Source: Alphaproteobacteria bacterium
Lineage (GTDB): Bacteria; Pseudomonadota; Alphaproteobacteria; JAAXGF01
DNA length: 64,000 nt
Direction of reading: 5' to 3'
Assembly (NCBI GenBank): GCA_963555825.3
Contig: CAUVXB020000002.1
Coordinates: 1,248,001 to 1,312,000 of the forward strand
Made by a program: the position numbers and the translations under genes. The notes beneath the pieces were generated by a model, which was not told where the DNA came from, did not search any database, and saw only the letters and a program-made list of their open reading frames with translations. This document shows, in pieces, positions 22,716-32,396 of this stretch (positions within the stretch are counted from its first letter, which is position 1; every line of letters begins with the position of its first letter).

Positions 22716-23667
22716 TGGCCTACCGTTCGACCTGACCGGCCGGCGCATCTGGGTCGCCGGCCACCGTGGCATGGTCGGCGGCGCGTTGGCGCGGCGTCTC
22801 GCGCGCGAGGACTGTGCGCTGGTCACGGCCGACCGCGCGGCGCTCGATCTCAGGCGCCAGGCCGATGTCGAGGCGTGGATCGCCGAGGCACGGCCCGACG
22901 TCGTCATCGTTGCCGCCGCCAAGGTCGGCGGCATCCTGGCCAACGACAGCTACCCGGCCGATTTCATGTACGACAACCTGGCGATCGAGACCAATGTCAT
23001 CCACGCCGCCCACCAGACCGGCGTCGCCAAGCTGCTGCTGATCGGCTCGTCCTGCGTCTATCCCAAGCTGGCGGCGCAGCCGATCACCGAGGACGCGCTG
23101 CTGAGCGGCCCGCTCGAGGCGACCAACGAATGGTACGCGGTGGCCAAGATCGCCGGCATCAAGCTGTGCCAGGCCTACCGCCGGCAGCACGGCGACGACT
23201 TCATCTCGGCCATGCCGACGAACGTTTATGGCCCGGGCGACGACTTCGATCTCGAGACCAGCCATGTCGTCGCGGCGCTGATCGCCAAGGCCCACGCCGC
23301 CAAGCGGCGCGGCGACGCGACGCTCGAGGTCTGGGGCACCGGCACGCCGCGGCGCGAGTTCATCTATGTCGACGACCTCGCCGACGCGCTGGTCCATGTG
23401 CTGGCGCATTATTCCGACGCGGCGCCGATCAACATCGGCTGCGGCGAGGATGTTACGATCGCCGACTTCGCGCGCCTCGTATGCGAGGTCGTCGGCTTCG
23501 AGGGCGGGCTGCGCTTCGACGATACGAAACCCGACGGCACGCCACGCAAGCTCTTGGACGTCGCCAAGCTCGACGCGCTCGGCTGGCGCGCGCCGACGCC
23601 GTTGCAAGACGGCCTGGCGCGGAGCTACGCCTGGTTCCGCGAGAACGCCGCCGGCGCGGCCGCCTGA
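22705..23667 (+). CDS. fcl: GDP-L-fucose synthase
   Basis: [50 protein letters not shown]. Confidence 0.94.
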   Translation: MTADGLPFDLTGRRIWVAGHRGMVGGALARRLAREDCALVTADRAALDLRRQADVEAWIAEARPDVVIVAAAKVGGILANDSYPADFMYDNLAIETNVIHAAHQTGVAKLLLIGSSCVYPKLAAQPITEDALLSGPLEATNEWYAVAKIAGIKLCQAYRRQHGDDFISAMPTNVYGPGDDFDLETSHVVAALIAKAHAAKRRGDATLEVWGTGTPRREFIYVDDLADALVHVLAHYSDAAPINIGCGEDVTIADFARLVCEVVGFEGGLRFDDTKPDGTPRKLLDVAKLDALGWRAPTPLQDGLARSYAWFRENAAGAAA

Positions 23668-23674
23668 GCCACGC

Positions 23675-24376
23675 ATGACGACCGACGCCGCCGGCCGTTG
23701 GGATACGGTTCCCGCGAACAAGCGCGACCGCATCGACCCGCGCGGCCTGTGGCGCGACCTGCGCATTGTGCCGCCGACGGGAGCGCCGCGGCCCGCGCTG
23801 TTCCTCGACCGCGACGGCACGATCATCGAAGAGGTCGATTACATTTCCAGGCCCGAGGACGTGCGCGCGATTGCCGCCGCGCTCGACCTGATCGCGGGCG
23901 CCAACGCGCGCGGCATCCCGGTCGTCGTGGTGACCAACCAGGGCGGCATCGGCCGGGGGCTTCTCGATTGGGCCGACTATGTCGCGGTCGACGACGCCAT
24001 GAGCGCCGCGCTCGCCGCCGCGGGAGCGTTCGTCGACGCGGTCTATGCCAACCCGCACGCGCCGCCGGCGCAAGGCGCGCCGTCGCCGTTCGGCCGCAAG
24101 CCCGATCCGGGCATGCTGACGGCGGCGGCCGAGGACCTCGGCCTCGATCTGACGCGCAGCTGGATAGCCGGCGACCACGCCACCGACCTCGCCGCCGGGC
24201 GCAACGCGGGGCTGGCGCTCGGCTGGCTGGTGCCGACCGGCTACGGTGTGCGCCACGGGCCGGACGCCGCGGCGCTCGCGGCGCCCGATTTCGAGGTCGT
24301 CGTCGGCCGCGACCTCGGCGCGCTTTCCGCCCGCCTCGAAGCGCTGTCGACAAGCGACGCCGAGACGCTGTATTGA
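23675..24376 (+). CDS. gmhB: HAD-IIIA phosphatase, heptose bisphosphate phosphatase-like
   Basis: FLDRDGTI, VTNQGGIGRG, RKPDPGM, GD...D; adjacent to gmhA. Confidence 0.82.
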   Translation: MTTDAAGRWDTVPANKRDRIDPRGLWRDLRIVPPTGAPRPALFLDRDGTIIEEVDYISRPEDVRAIAAALDLIAGANARGIPVVVVTNQGGIGRGLLDWADYVAVDDAMSAALAAAGAFVDAVYANPHAPPAQGAPSPFGRKPDPGMLTAAAEDLGLDLTRSWIAGDHATDLAAGRNAGLALGWLVPTGYGVRHGPDAAALAAPDFEVVVGRDLGALSARLEALSTSDAETLY

Positions 24377-24411
24377 TCCTTGGTATAAGGCCCGACCCTT
24401 GAGGAGCGGTG

Positions 24412-24990
24412 ATGGCGAACGACGACATTCTGGCGCGCGAGTTCGAGGCGCAGGCGGCGACCGCCGCGGCGACGCTCGGGGCCGTGCGCGCGCCCTTCGC
24501 ACGGCTTGTCGATATCTCGGCCGCCTCGGTTCGCGACGGCGGCAAGCTGCTGTTCTTCGGCAATGGCGGCAGCGCGGCCGACGCACAGCACCTGGCGACC
24601 GAACTGACCGTGCGCTTCGTGCGCGAGCGCGCGCCGATCGCCGCCATCGCGCTGACCACCGACTCATCGACGCTGACCGCGATCGGCAACGACCTCGGCT
24701 TCGAGCGGCTGTTCGCGCGTCAGATCGAGGCGCTCGGGCGGCCCGGCGATGTCGCCATCGGCATCACCACCTCGGGCCGCTCAACCAACGTCACCCAGGC
24801 GCTTGCGCTGGCACGCGAGCGCGGCCTCACCGCCACAGCCTTCGCCGGCCGCGACGGCGGCGATCTGGTCGGCCTCGCCGATCCGCTGCTGATCGTGCCG
24901 TCACAAGACACGCAGCGCATTCAGGAAATGCACATCACCATCGGCCACGCGCTCTGCGCGGCGCTCGAGGAGACGCTCGGCCTGGTCTGA
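24412..24990 (+). CDS. gmhA: Sedoheptulose-7-phosphate isomerase
   Basis: GNGGSAADAQH, TAIGND, FARQ, TSGRS, RIQEMH. Confidence 0.94.
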   Translation: MANDDILAREFEAQAATAAATLGAVRAPFARLVDISAASVRDGGKLLFFGNGGSAADAQHLATELTVRFVRERAPIAAIALTTDSSTLTAIGNDLGFERLFARQIEALGRPGDVAIGITTSGRSTNVTQALALARERGLTATAFAGRDGGDLVGLADPLLIVPSQDTQRIQEMHITIGHALCAALEETLGLV

Positions 24991-25161
24991 CTCTTTGTGC
25001 GGTCACCTTCACTTCGTGAAGCTGACCTGCGCTCAAGCGCCGCGCATGCCAGTCTTATGGGATCAAGGGTGGCCGAACCGTCGGCGGCCCCCTCTTGTCC
25101 CAATAAGATTGGCGCGGGCTGGTAGATTTCGACCGATTCGGATCGATCGGATTACGCGCTA
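24991..25161 (+). repeat. Structured dispersed repeat (TAGAGCAT-ended family)
   Basis: TGTGCGGTCA...GCTGACCTGCGCTCAA...CGGCGGCCCCCTCTTGT...GATCGGATTA shared with other copies. Confidence 0.85.
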
Positions 25162-25767
25162 ACTCGGATCGCGTGGCACCGAGGCGACCATCGACGGGCG
25201 CTTGGCGAAATTCTCGTACCACGCCGCCAGGCCCGGATGGTCAATCCGCCAATCGTCGTCGGCGAAACGGAAATCGAGATAGCCGAGCATGCAGCCGACC
25301 GCGATGATGCTCATACTAACCGTGTCGCCATAACCACCGACTTCGCCTTCGAGCGCATCGAGCCCGGCGGCGATTTTGCCCTTCTGAAGGGCGACCCATT
25401 CGTCCCACTGGAATTCTTGCGGCCGGCGGCCCTCGCCCATCGCCAAGAGGGCGGCGTCGAGCATGCCGTCGGCCAACGCGACGCGGCAGAGCTCGCGCCA
25501 GCGCGCCCCGCCCGACGCCGGCATCAGCTTCGTCCCGCCGTGCAGGCTGTCGAGGTATTCGCAGATCACCGGTGAGTCGAATAGATTGACGCCGTCGTCG
25601 GTGACCAGCGCCGGCACCTTGCCGAGCGGATTGTCGTTCTCGAGCTTCGCGCCCGGGTCGCGTGGGTTGGTCGGCACCAGCTCGATGCGGTCGGCGAGCC
25701 CGGTCTCGGCGGCGGTGACGACGACCTTGCGGACGTAGGGCGAGGTGGGCGAATAGCGCAGCTTCAT
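25159..25767 (-). CDS. Glutathione S-transferase family protein
   Basis: SPTSPYVRKV, NPLGKVPAL, FDSPVICEYLD. Confidence 0.92.
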   Translation of the reverse strand: MKLRYSPTSPYVRKVVVTAAETGLADRIELVPTNPRDPGAKLENDNPLGKVPALVTDDGVNLFDSPVICEYLDSLHGGTKLMPASGGARWRELCRVALADGMLDAALLAMGEGRRPQEFQWDEWVALQKGKIAAGLDALEGEVGGYGDTVSMSIIAVGCMLGYLDFRFADDDWRIDHPGLAAWYENFAKRPSMVASVPRDPS

Positions 25768-25877
25768 GTCGGGCATTCCGGGGCGTTGTGGCAGCAGGTT
25801 TGGCGGAACGTGGGAGCATATCACCGGGTCGTTCGGCCGTCACCGGCGCGTGTCGGCTGTGCTAAGCTCGCCGGGTC

Positions 25878-26696
25878 ATGTGGCAAGACGTCGTCGATCT
25901 CAACGCGTTCTACAACAGCCGGCCGGGCCACGTCGCCCAGCGGATGATCCGTCGGCGCGTGCGCGGGATATGGCCGGATCTGCACGGCCTCACGGTGCTC
26001 GGCCTCGGTTACGCGACGCCCTATCTGCGCCCGTTCCGTGACGAGGCCGAGCGCGTCGTCGCGGTGATGCCGGCATCGCAAGGCGTGATGCCCTGGCCGC
26101 GCAACGAGCGCCGCCTGGTCGGCCTCGCCGACGAGGCCGAGCTGCCGCTGGCCGACGACTCGATCGACCGCGCCCTGTTGGTCCACGCGGTCGAGTGCAG
26201 CGAACAGCTCCGCCCGATGCTGCGCGAGGTCTGGCGCGTCCTCAAGAGCGGCGGCCGCCTGCTCGTCGTTGCGCCCAACCGGCGCGGCATCTGGGCGCGG
26301 CTCGAGCGCACGCCGTTCGGCCGCGGTTATTCGTTCTCGACGGCGCAGCTCACCCAGTTGATGCGCGAATGCATGTTCTCGCCGCTCAATTCGACGACGG
26401 CGCTATACGTCCCGCCGAGTTCGTCGGGTCTGATGCTGCGCCTGGCGGGCGCCTGGGAAGGCCTCGGCGAACGCTGGTCGCTGCCGTTCGCCGGCGTCGT
26501 GCTGGTCGAGGCCGGCAAGCAGGTCTATGCCGCCAAGACCGAGCGCGCGGCGAAGGCTGCCAGGGCGTATCGCGCCTTCATCGGCGGCCCCCAGCCGGCC
26601 CATCGGCGGCCGCTCGGCGCGGCGCCGCTGGCGGCCGAGCCGCCGCCCGGGCGTCACACGCCATGCACCGCCGGCGCCTGTCCCATGCGCGCCTGA
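25878..26696 (+). CDS. Methyltransferase type 11 (YafS-like)
   Basis: DVVDLNAFY, LGLGYATPYL, MLREVWRVL, PNRRGIWAR, TPFGRG. Confidence 0.88.
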   Translation: MWQDVVDLNAFYNSRPGHVAQRMIRRRVRGIWPDLHGLTVLGLGYATPYLRPFRDEAERVVAVMPASQGVMPWPRNERRLVGLADEAELPLADDSIDRALLVHAVECSEQLRPMLREVWRVLKSGGRLLVVAPNRRGIWARLERTPFGRGYSFSTAQLTQLMRECMFSPLNSTTALYVPPSSSGLMLRLAGAWEGLGERWSLPFAGVVLVEAGKQVYAAKTERAAKAARAYRAFIGGPQPAHRRPLGAAPLAAEPPPGRHTPCTAGACPMRA

Positions 26697-26711
26697 TTAC
26701 CGTCGCTCCAT

Positions 26712-26819
26712 AATGGTGTCAGACACCATTTCGCCGTCTTGTCGCGCGCCGTTTGCGCGATTTCCGACGTCTCACGCAAGCAATTGCGGAATCGGGAGGA
26801 TAAAGGTGTCTGACACTAT
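26712..26819. repeat. REPIN-like inverted doublet of GGTGTCWGACACC hairpins
   Basis: AATGGTGTCAGACACCATT ... AAAGGTGTCTGACACTAT between convergent genes. Confidence 0.75.
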
Positions 26820-26843
26820 CACAATAGATTGATAAATAAATTA

Positions 26844-27800
26844 TTATCCGATGGCCGAGTCGCGCAGGCGGGGCGCCGCGACGTCCTTGCCCGTGTCCTC
26901 GATACGGAGGGGCGCGCGCTGGTACATCATGTTGACCCAGTTGCCGTACAACAGGTGGCCGTGGCCGCGCCAGCGGTTGAGCGGCGGCTGCGCCGGGTCG
27001 TCGTTCGGGAAGTAGTCGGCCGGCACTTGGATGTCGCGGCCGGCCTCGACGTCGCGCCGATATTCGTTGCGCAAGGTATCGGTGTCGTATTCGAGGTGGT
27101 TGAACATATGCACCTGGTTGAGCGCGCGGTCCTCGATCAGGCACAACCCCGCGACATCCGAGCAGGCGACGATGTCGAGGTTCTCGACCTTCTCGATGTC
27201 CTCGCGGTGGGTTTCGGTGTAGCGCGAGACGGGCACCAAGAAGCGATCGGGAAAGCCGCGCATGATCGCCGAGCCCGGCGTCGCGATGCGGTGTTCGAAG
27301 ACGCCGAAGATCTTGCGCTCGAGCTGGTATTTGGGGATGCCGTAGTGGTGGTAGAGCGCCGCCTGCCCGGCCCAGCAGATGTTGTAGCAGGTCGTGACGT
27401 TGGTCCGCGCCCAATCGAAGATGCCAGCGAGTTCCGGCCAATAATCGACCTCTTCGAAGGGCATTTCCTCGACCGGCGCGCCGGTGATGATGAGGCCGTC
27501 GAATTTGTCATCGGCGACCGTTTCCCACGTCTGATAGAATTTCAGCATATGGTCAGCCGCGGCCGTCTTCGCCTGATACGATCCGGTCGTCAGCAACGTC
27601 AATTCGACCTGTAGCGGCGTGGCACCGATGACCCGCGCGAGCTGGGTCTCGGTCTTGATCTTTTCGGGCATCAAGTTGAGAACGGCGATTTGCAAAGGCC
27701 GGATGTCCTGGCGGATCGCATGATGTTCGTCGATCACCACCACACCCTCGTCCTCGAGGATGCGGCGGGCCGGCAGATTGTCGGGGATTTTTATTGGCAT
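26844..27800 (-). CDS. metA: Homoserine O-acyltransferase MetA, probably acetyl-CoA specific
   Basis: MPIKIP, QDIRPL, LNLMPEK, ITGAPVE, ICWAGQA, NHLEYD. Confidence 0.95.
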   Translation of the reverse strand: MPIKIPDNLPARRILEDEGVVVIDEHHAIRQDIRPLQIAVLNLMPEKIKTETQLARVIGATPLQVELTLLTTGSYQAKTAAADHMLKFYQTWETVADDKFDGLIITGAPVEEMPFEEVDYWPELAGIFDWARTNVTTCYNICWAGQAALYHHYGIPKYQLERKIFGVFEHRIATPGSAIMRGFPDRFLVPVSRYTETHREDIEKVENLDIVACSDVAGLCLIEDRALNQVHMFNHLEYDTDTLRNEYRRDVEAGRDIQVPADYFPNDDPAQPPLNRWRGHGHLLYGNWVNMMYQRAPLRIEDTGKDVAAPRLRDSAIG

Positions 27801-27810
27801 TACGCGAAGA

Positions 27811-27860
27811 TCCGTTTTCGAATGCGCTTGGCTACGTCCATACAGTTTAGGGCGCAGCCT
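27811..27860 (-). promoter_or_regulatory. Candidate SAM-II/SAM-V-like pseudoknot leader of metA (divergent)
   Basis: Stem GGCUGCG/CGUAGCC enclosing CCCUAAACUGUAUGGA; loop CUGU complementary to ACGG at the RBS position. Confidence 0.4.
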
Positions 27861-28036
27861 CGCACCAAGCCAGTCATCATACCATCGGAACCGCCGGTCG
27901 TCGTACACCGCGACGCCACCGGATCGTGGCTGAACTGCTAGGTTGCGGGCGCGGCGGGTGTCAACGTTTTCTTTGATTTTCGCACCACCCGAAGCTATGA
28001 CTATCGGCCTTCTGAACCCCCGGCGTGTTGGACCCC

Positions 28037-28909
28037 ATGACGTCCCCTGCGGAATCGCTCGAATCGTTGCGGCGCGAGATCGACGCCATCGACGACCAAA
28101 TGCACGATCTCTTGATGCGGCGCGTCGAGATCGTCGGGCAGGTCGCATCGGTCAAGAACCGCGATGCGTCACCGGTCTTCATCCGGCCCGAACGCGAGGC
28201 GCTGATCCTGCGGCGCCTCGCGGCCCGCCACGGCGGTCAACTGCCGACCAAGGTCGTGGTTCGCGTGTGGCGCGAAATCCTCGCCGCCACCGCCGGCATG
28301 CAGAGCCCGCTCACCGTCGCGGTCTACGCACCCGACGACGCGGTCGGCTACTGGGATCTGGCGCGCGACCACTATGGCTCGGGAACCCGGATGGGCCTGC
28401 ACGGCGCGGCCAACGCCGTGGTGCGCGCGGTCGTCGACGGCAGCGCGACGGTCGGCGTCGTGCCGCTGCCCCAGGACGGCGAGGCGGAGCCCTGGTGGCC
28501 GCTGTTTGTCAGCGCCGGAGAGAACGCACCGTCGGTCGTCACCCGCCTGCCGTTCGTCGCAAATAACACGCGGTCGGCCGAGCCCGAGGGCGCGCTGGCG
28601 ATCGCCCGCATGACCCAGCAGCCGACCGGCGACGACGTCTCGATGATCGTCGTCGAGGCCGACGCCGAGGTCAGCCGCGACCGACTCAACGAGGCCTTGA
28701 TGGCGGCTGGTCTGTCGGCCAGCGTCGTCGCCGTGTGGCGCGATGCGGGCAATGGCGAGACGCGGCTGCACCTCGTCCAGGCCGGCGATTTCCTGACGCC
28801 CGCCGACGCCCGGCTCGCGGCGCTCGGCGCGGCGCTCGCCAAGCGCATCCTGCGCATCGTGCCGCTCGGCGGCTATGCGACGCCGCTCGGCCAGATCGAC
28901 GGCGCCTGA
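28037..28909 (+). CDS. Chorismate mutase with prephenate dehydratase-like C-terminal region
   Basis: LRREIDAIDDQMHDLLMRR, RPEREA; first gene of the CM-hisC-tyrC operon. Confidence 0.88.
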   Translation: MTSPAESLESLRREIDAIDDQMHDLLMRRVEIVGQVASVKNRDASPVFIRPEREALILRRLAARHGGQLPTKVVVRVWREILAATAGMQSPLTVAVYAPDDAVGYWDLARDHYGSGTRMGLHGAANAVVRAVVDGSATVGVVPLPQDGEAEPWWPLFVSAGENAPSVVTRLPFVANNTRSAEPEGALAIARMTQQPTGDDVSMIVVEADAEVSRDRLNEALMAAGLSASVVAVWRDAGNGETRLHLVQAGDFLTPADARLAALGAALAKRILRIVPLGGYATPLGQIDGA

Positions 28910-28910
28910 C

Positions 28911-30002
28911 ATGACGGGCCCGCGCCCACAACCGGGCATCCTCGACATCACCGCTTATGTCGGCGGCCGTTCCACGGCCGGCCAACCGGGCGGTCGGGTG
29001 ATCAAGCTGTCGTCGAACGAATCGCCGCTCGGGCCGAGCCGACACGCCATCGAAGCCTACCGGGCGGTCGCCGACGAACTGCACCGCTACCCCGACGGCG
29101 CCGCGCACGACCTGCGCGCCGCGCTCGCCGAACGCTACGGTCTCGACGCCGAACGCATCGTCTGCGGCAACGGCTCCGACGAGCTGATCACCATGCTGAC
29201 GCGCGCCTATATCGGCCCCGGCGACGAGGCGCTGTACAGCGAATACGGCTTCCTGATGTACCCGATCGCGGTGATGTCCGCCGGCGCGACGCCGGTCGCC
29301 GTACCCGAAGCGGGCCTCAGGGCCGACGTCGACGCGTTACTGGCCCATGTGACGCCGGCGACGCGCATCGTTTTCCTGGCCAACCCGAACAACCCGACAG
29401 GGAGCTACGTCTCGGCGGAAGAGCTGCGCCGGCTGCGCGACGGCCTGCCCGGAGAGGTCTTGCTGGTCATCGATTCGGCCTATGCCGAATATGTCGGCGC
29501 CAACGACTATTCGGCCGGCGCCGAGCTCGTCGAGGACGCCGGCAACGTCGTCATGACGCGCACCTTTTCCAAGATCTACGGGCTCGCCGCGCTGCGCCTC
29601 GGCTGGGCCTACTGCCCGACCGACGTAGCCGGCGTGCTCAACCGCGTCCGCGGCCCGTTCAACGTCACCGCCCCGGCACTCGCCGCCGGGCTCGCGGCGC
29701 TCGCCGACGCGGCGCATGTCGACGCCGCGCGGCGTCACAACGACAAATGGCTGCGCTGGTTCACCACCGAGGTCGAGGGCCTCGGCCTCACGGTCCACCC
29801 GAGCGTCGGCAACTTCGTGCTGGTGTGCTTTTCGCCCGGCAAGGGACGCAGCGCCGAGGCAGCCAACGACTTCCTCATGGCGCGCGGCATCATCCCGCGC
29901 CAGATGGCGGCCTATCACCTGCCCGATTGTCTGCGCATTACCATCGGACTGGCAGACGAGATGCCAGCGGTCGTCGCAGCACTCGCCGAATTCATGAATT
30001 AG
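28911..30002 (+). CDS. hisC: Histidinol-phosphate aminotransferase
   Basis: KLSSNE, GNGSDE, NPNNPTG, DSAY, RTFSKIYGLAALRLGW. Confidence 0.95.
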   Translation: MTGPRPQPGILDITAYVGGRSTAGQPGGRVIKLSSNESPLGPSRHAIEAYRAVADELHRYPDGAAHDLRAALAERYGLDAERIVCGNGSDELITMLTRAYIGPGDEALYSEYGFLMYPIAVMSAGATPVAVPEAGLRADVDALLAHVTPATRIVFLANPNNPTGSYVSAEELRRLRDGLPGEVLLVIDSAYAEYVGANDYSAGAELVEDAGNVVMTRTFSKIYGLAALRLGWAYCPTDVAGVLNRVRGPFNVTAPALAAGLAALADAAHVDAARRHNDKWLRWFTTEVEGLGLTVHPSVGNFVLVCFSPGKGRSAEAANDFLMARGIIPRQMAAYHLPDCLRITIGLADEMPAVVAALAEFMN

Positions 30003-30014
30003 CCGGCCAAAGCC

Positions 30015-30938
30015 ATGACTGATACACCCTTGTTCGAGCGCATCGCCCTGATCGGCATCGGCCTGATCGGCTCATCGATCGCCCGTGTCGTGAAACGCGA
30101 CGGCCTCGCCGGCCATCTCGTTGTCTGCACGCGCTCGGACCAGACGCTGGCCACGGCGCGCGCGCTGGACCTCGGCGACAGCTACACGACAGACGCCGCC
30201 GCCGCGGTCGCCGACGCCGACCTGGTGGTCATCGCCGCGCCGCTCGGCGCCTATGCCGGGATCGCCAAGGCGATTGGGCCGGTGCTGCGCGCCGGCGCCA
30301 TCGTCACCGACGTCGGCTCGACCAAGTGCTCGGCGATCCGCGACATCCAGCCGCATCTGGCCGCGGGCGTCCATCTGGTGCCCGGCCATCCGGTGGCAGG
30401 CACCGAGCATTCCGGTCCCGAGGCCGGCTTCGACACGCTGTTCGAGGGCCGCTATTGCATTCTGACGCCGCCGCCGGGCGCCGACGAGGCGGCGGTCGAG
30501 CGCGTCGCCGCGCTGTGGCGGCGGGCCGGCAGCATGGTCGACCGCATGGACCCCGAGCACCACGACCAGGTGCTCGCCATCACTTCGCATCTGCCGCATC
30601 TGATCGCCTACACCATCGTCGGCACGGCGACCGAGCTCGAGGATCATCTCCAGCGGGAGGTCGTCAAATACTCGGCCAGCGGCTTCCGCGACTTCACGCG
30701 CATCGCCGCCTCGGACCCGGTGATGTGGCGCGACGTGTTCCTCAAGAACCGCGACGCGGTGCTCGAGGTCCTGGCGCGCTTCAGCGAGGACCTGATGGCG
30801 CTGCAGCGCGCCATCCGGCGCGGCCAGGGCGACGTGCTCGAGGACCATTTCACGCGCACCCGCGCGATTCGCCGCGACGTCATCGAGCTGCATCAGGCCG
30901 GCACCTTCAAGGCGACCGAGCTCGAAGACGACGACTGA
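30015..30938 (+). CDS. tyrC: Prephenate/arogenate (cyclohexadienyl) dehydrogenase
   Basis: GIGLIGSS, TDVGSTK, GHPVAGTE, HDQVLAITSHLPH, GFRDFTRIA. Confidence 0.92.
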   Translation: MTDTPLFERIALIGIGLIGSSIARVVKRDGLAGHLVVCTRSDQTLATARALDLGDSYTTDAAAAVADADLVVIAAPLGAYAGIAKAIGPVLRAGAIVTDVGSTKCSAIRDIQPHLAAGVHLVPGHPVAGTEHSGPEAGFDTLFEGRYCILTPPPGADEAAVERVAALWRRAGSMVDRMDPEHHDQVLAITSHLPHLIAYTIVGTATELEDHLQREVVKYSASGFRDFTRIAASDPVMWRDVFLKNRDAVLEVLARFSEDLMALQRAIRRGQGDVLEDHFTRTRAIRRDVIELHQAGTFKATELEDDD

Positions 30939-30950
30939 CGCGACCGCTCA

Positions 30951-31131
30951 CTACAGCATCAACCGATCGATAACAATCGATCGGTTGATGCCAGCCCGCG
31001 TCGATCTTATTGGGACAAGCGGGCGGGCCGCCGACCGTTCTGCCAGCTTTGATTCCATAAGATTGGCATGCGCGGCGATTGAGCTCAGGTCAGCTTTACG
31101 CGAGTCAAAGATGGCCGCACAAAAAACGCTA
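30951..31131 (-). repeat. Structured dispersed repeat (TAGAGCAT-ended family)
   Basis: Reverse-complement copy; terminal hairpin GCATCAACCGATCGAT-AACA-ATCGATCGGTTGATGC. Confidence 0.85.
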
Positions 31132-32135
31132 TCTGGAGACCACCGGCGCGAGGCGGGCGATTGCGATGGGGCCGACCATCAAGACGCCGTTCTGTGCGCT
31201 TACCGGCACGGTCAGCACGCGCCGCCCTTCGGCGTCGGCCGGCGCGATCAGGTTAAGCGCCATGGTCGCGAACGAGGCGTCGCGTTGCTTGACCATGCCG
31301 GCCGCGGCGAGCGCCTCGAGTGCCGCGCCATAGCCGACGATGCGGGCGGTCAACGCGGCGAGCGGGCGCAGCGCGTCATCGAGCGTCAGCGTGCCGTCGG
31401 CCGAAACCGAGAGCGGCCCCCAATCGATCTCCAGCCGGGTCACGTCGATCGCGCCGCCCGCCACGCGCCAGGCGTCGAGCCCGGCGGCGTCCGGCGTCCG
31501 GGGCAGCGGTCCGCTCGCCACCGCCTCGGCAACGAGCCGCGCATGTCGCGCCCGAGCCCCGCGCCCGCGCCTGGCGGCAGCGTGACGTCGTCGAGCGCCA
31601 GCGTGACCAGCGCCGCATCGTCGGCGCCCCGGCGGCCGCGCGCCGTGACACGGCCGACACTGCCTGCGCCGGGCGGCGCCTCGAACGCGACCCCATGCGC
31701 CTCGACATCGAGGCGATCGAGCGCGCCGCCCGAGAACACCACGTTTGCTTCTCCGCCGGCCATGCGCAGGGTGAGCAACCAGACGCGGCCCTCGGTGTCG
31801 AGCCGGCTGAAGCGCTGCTCGGCGGGCAGCACGATACGCGCACGGTCGAAGGCCCAGGGGCGCAGCGCGATGTCGAGCCGGTCGGGCATCCAGACCCAGG
31901 GCTCGGGATCGTCGAGACGGACCAGTGTCGGCGCCGGAAAATGCACTTCGAGAGCGAAGGGAAAACCGGTGATGTCCTGTTCGATAATACCGACCGTGAA
32001 GCCCTCGGCCTCGCGCGCGGCGGCCCAGTCGGCGATCGCGCCGCGCAGCCAGACCTTGGCCCCGACCCAATAGCCGGTCCAGGCGAGCCCGAGCAGCGCG
32101 AGGACGACGGCGGCGCGGCGGATCTTCGATTGCAT
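31129..32135 (-). pseudogene. DUF2125-like protein, frameshifted near 31541 (pseudogene or sequencing error)
   Basis: N-half (WTGYW...ITGFPF) in ORF 31440..32159, C-half (DAWRVAGG...WGPL...DDALRP) in ORF 31129..32202; one added base after GACATG joins them. Confidence 0.8.
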
Positions 32136-32234
32136 CGCAGGTCCTGGTAGGCCCACCACTGTCCTTTCCCGCGCGAAATTGTGCGGAACATGCTCTAATC
32201 ACCGACCCCGCACCGACGGCGCAGGCGAGTTATT

Positions 32235-32392
32235 TAGAGCATTGTGCGGTCATTTTTACTCCGCAAAGCTGACCTGCGCTCAATCGCCGCGCATACTTCC
32301 GCCGAACGGTCGGCGGCCCCCCTCTTGTTGGGATAAGATTGGCGCAGGCTGGCATAATCCGGCCGATTCCAAATGATCGGATTATGCTCTAG
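32235..32392 (+). repeat. Structured dispersed repeat with intact terminal inverted repeats
   Basis: TAGAGCAT...ATGCTCTA(G) termini; ends 4 nt before the chaC ATG. Confidence 0.88.
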
Positions 32393-32396
32393 TACC

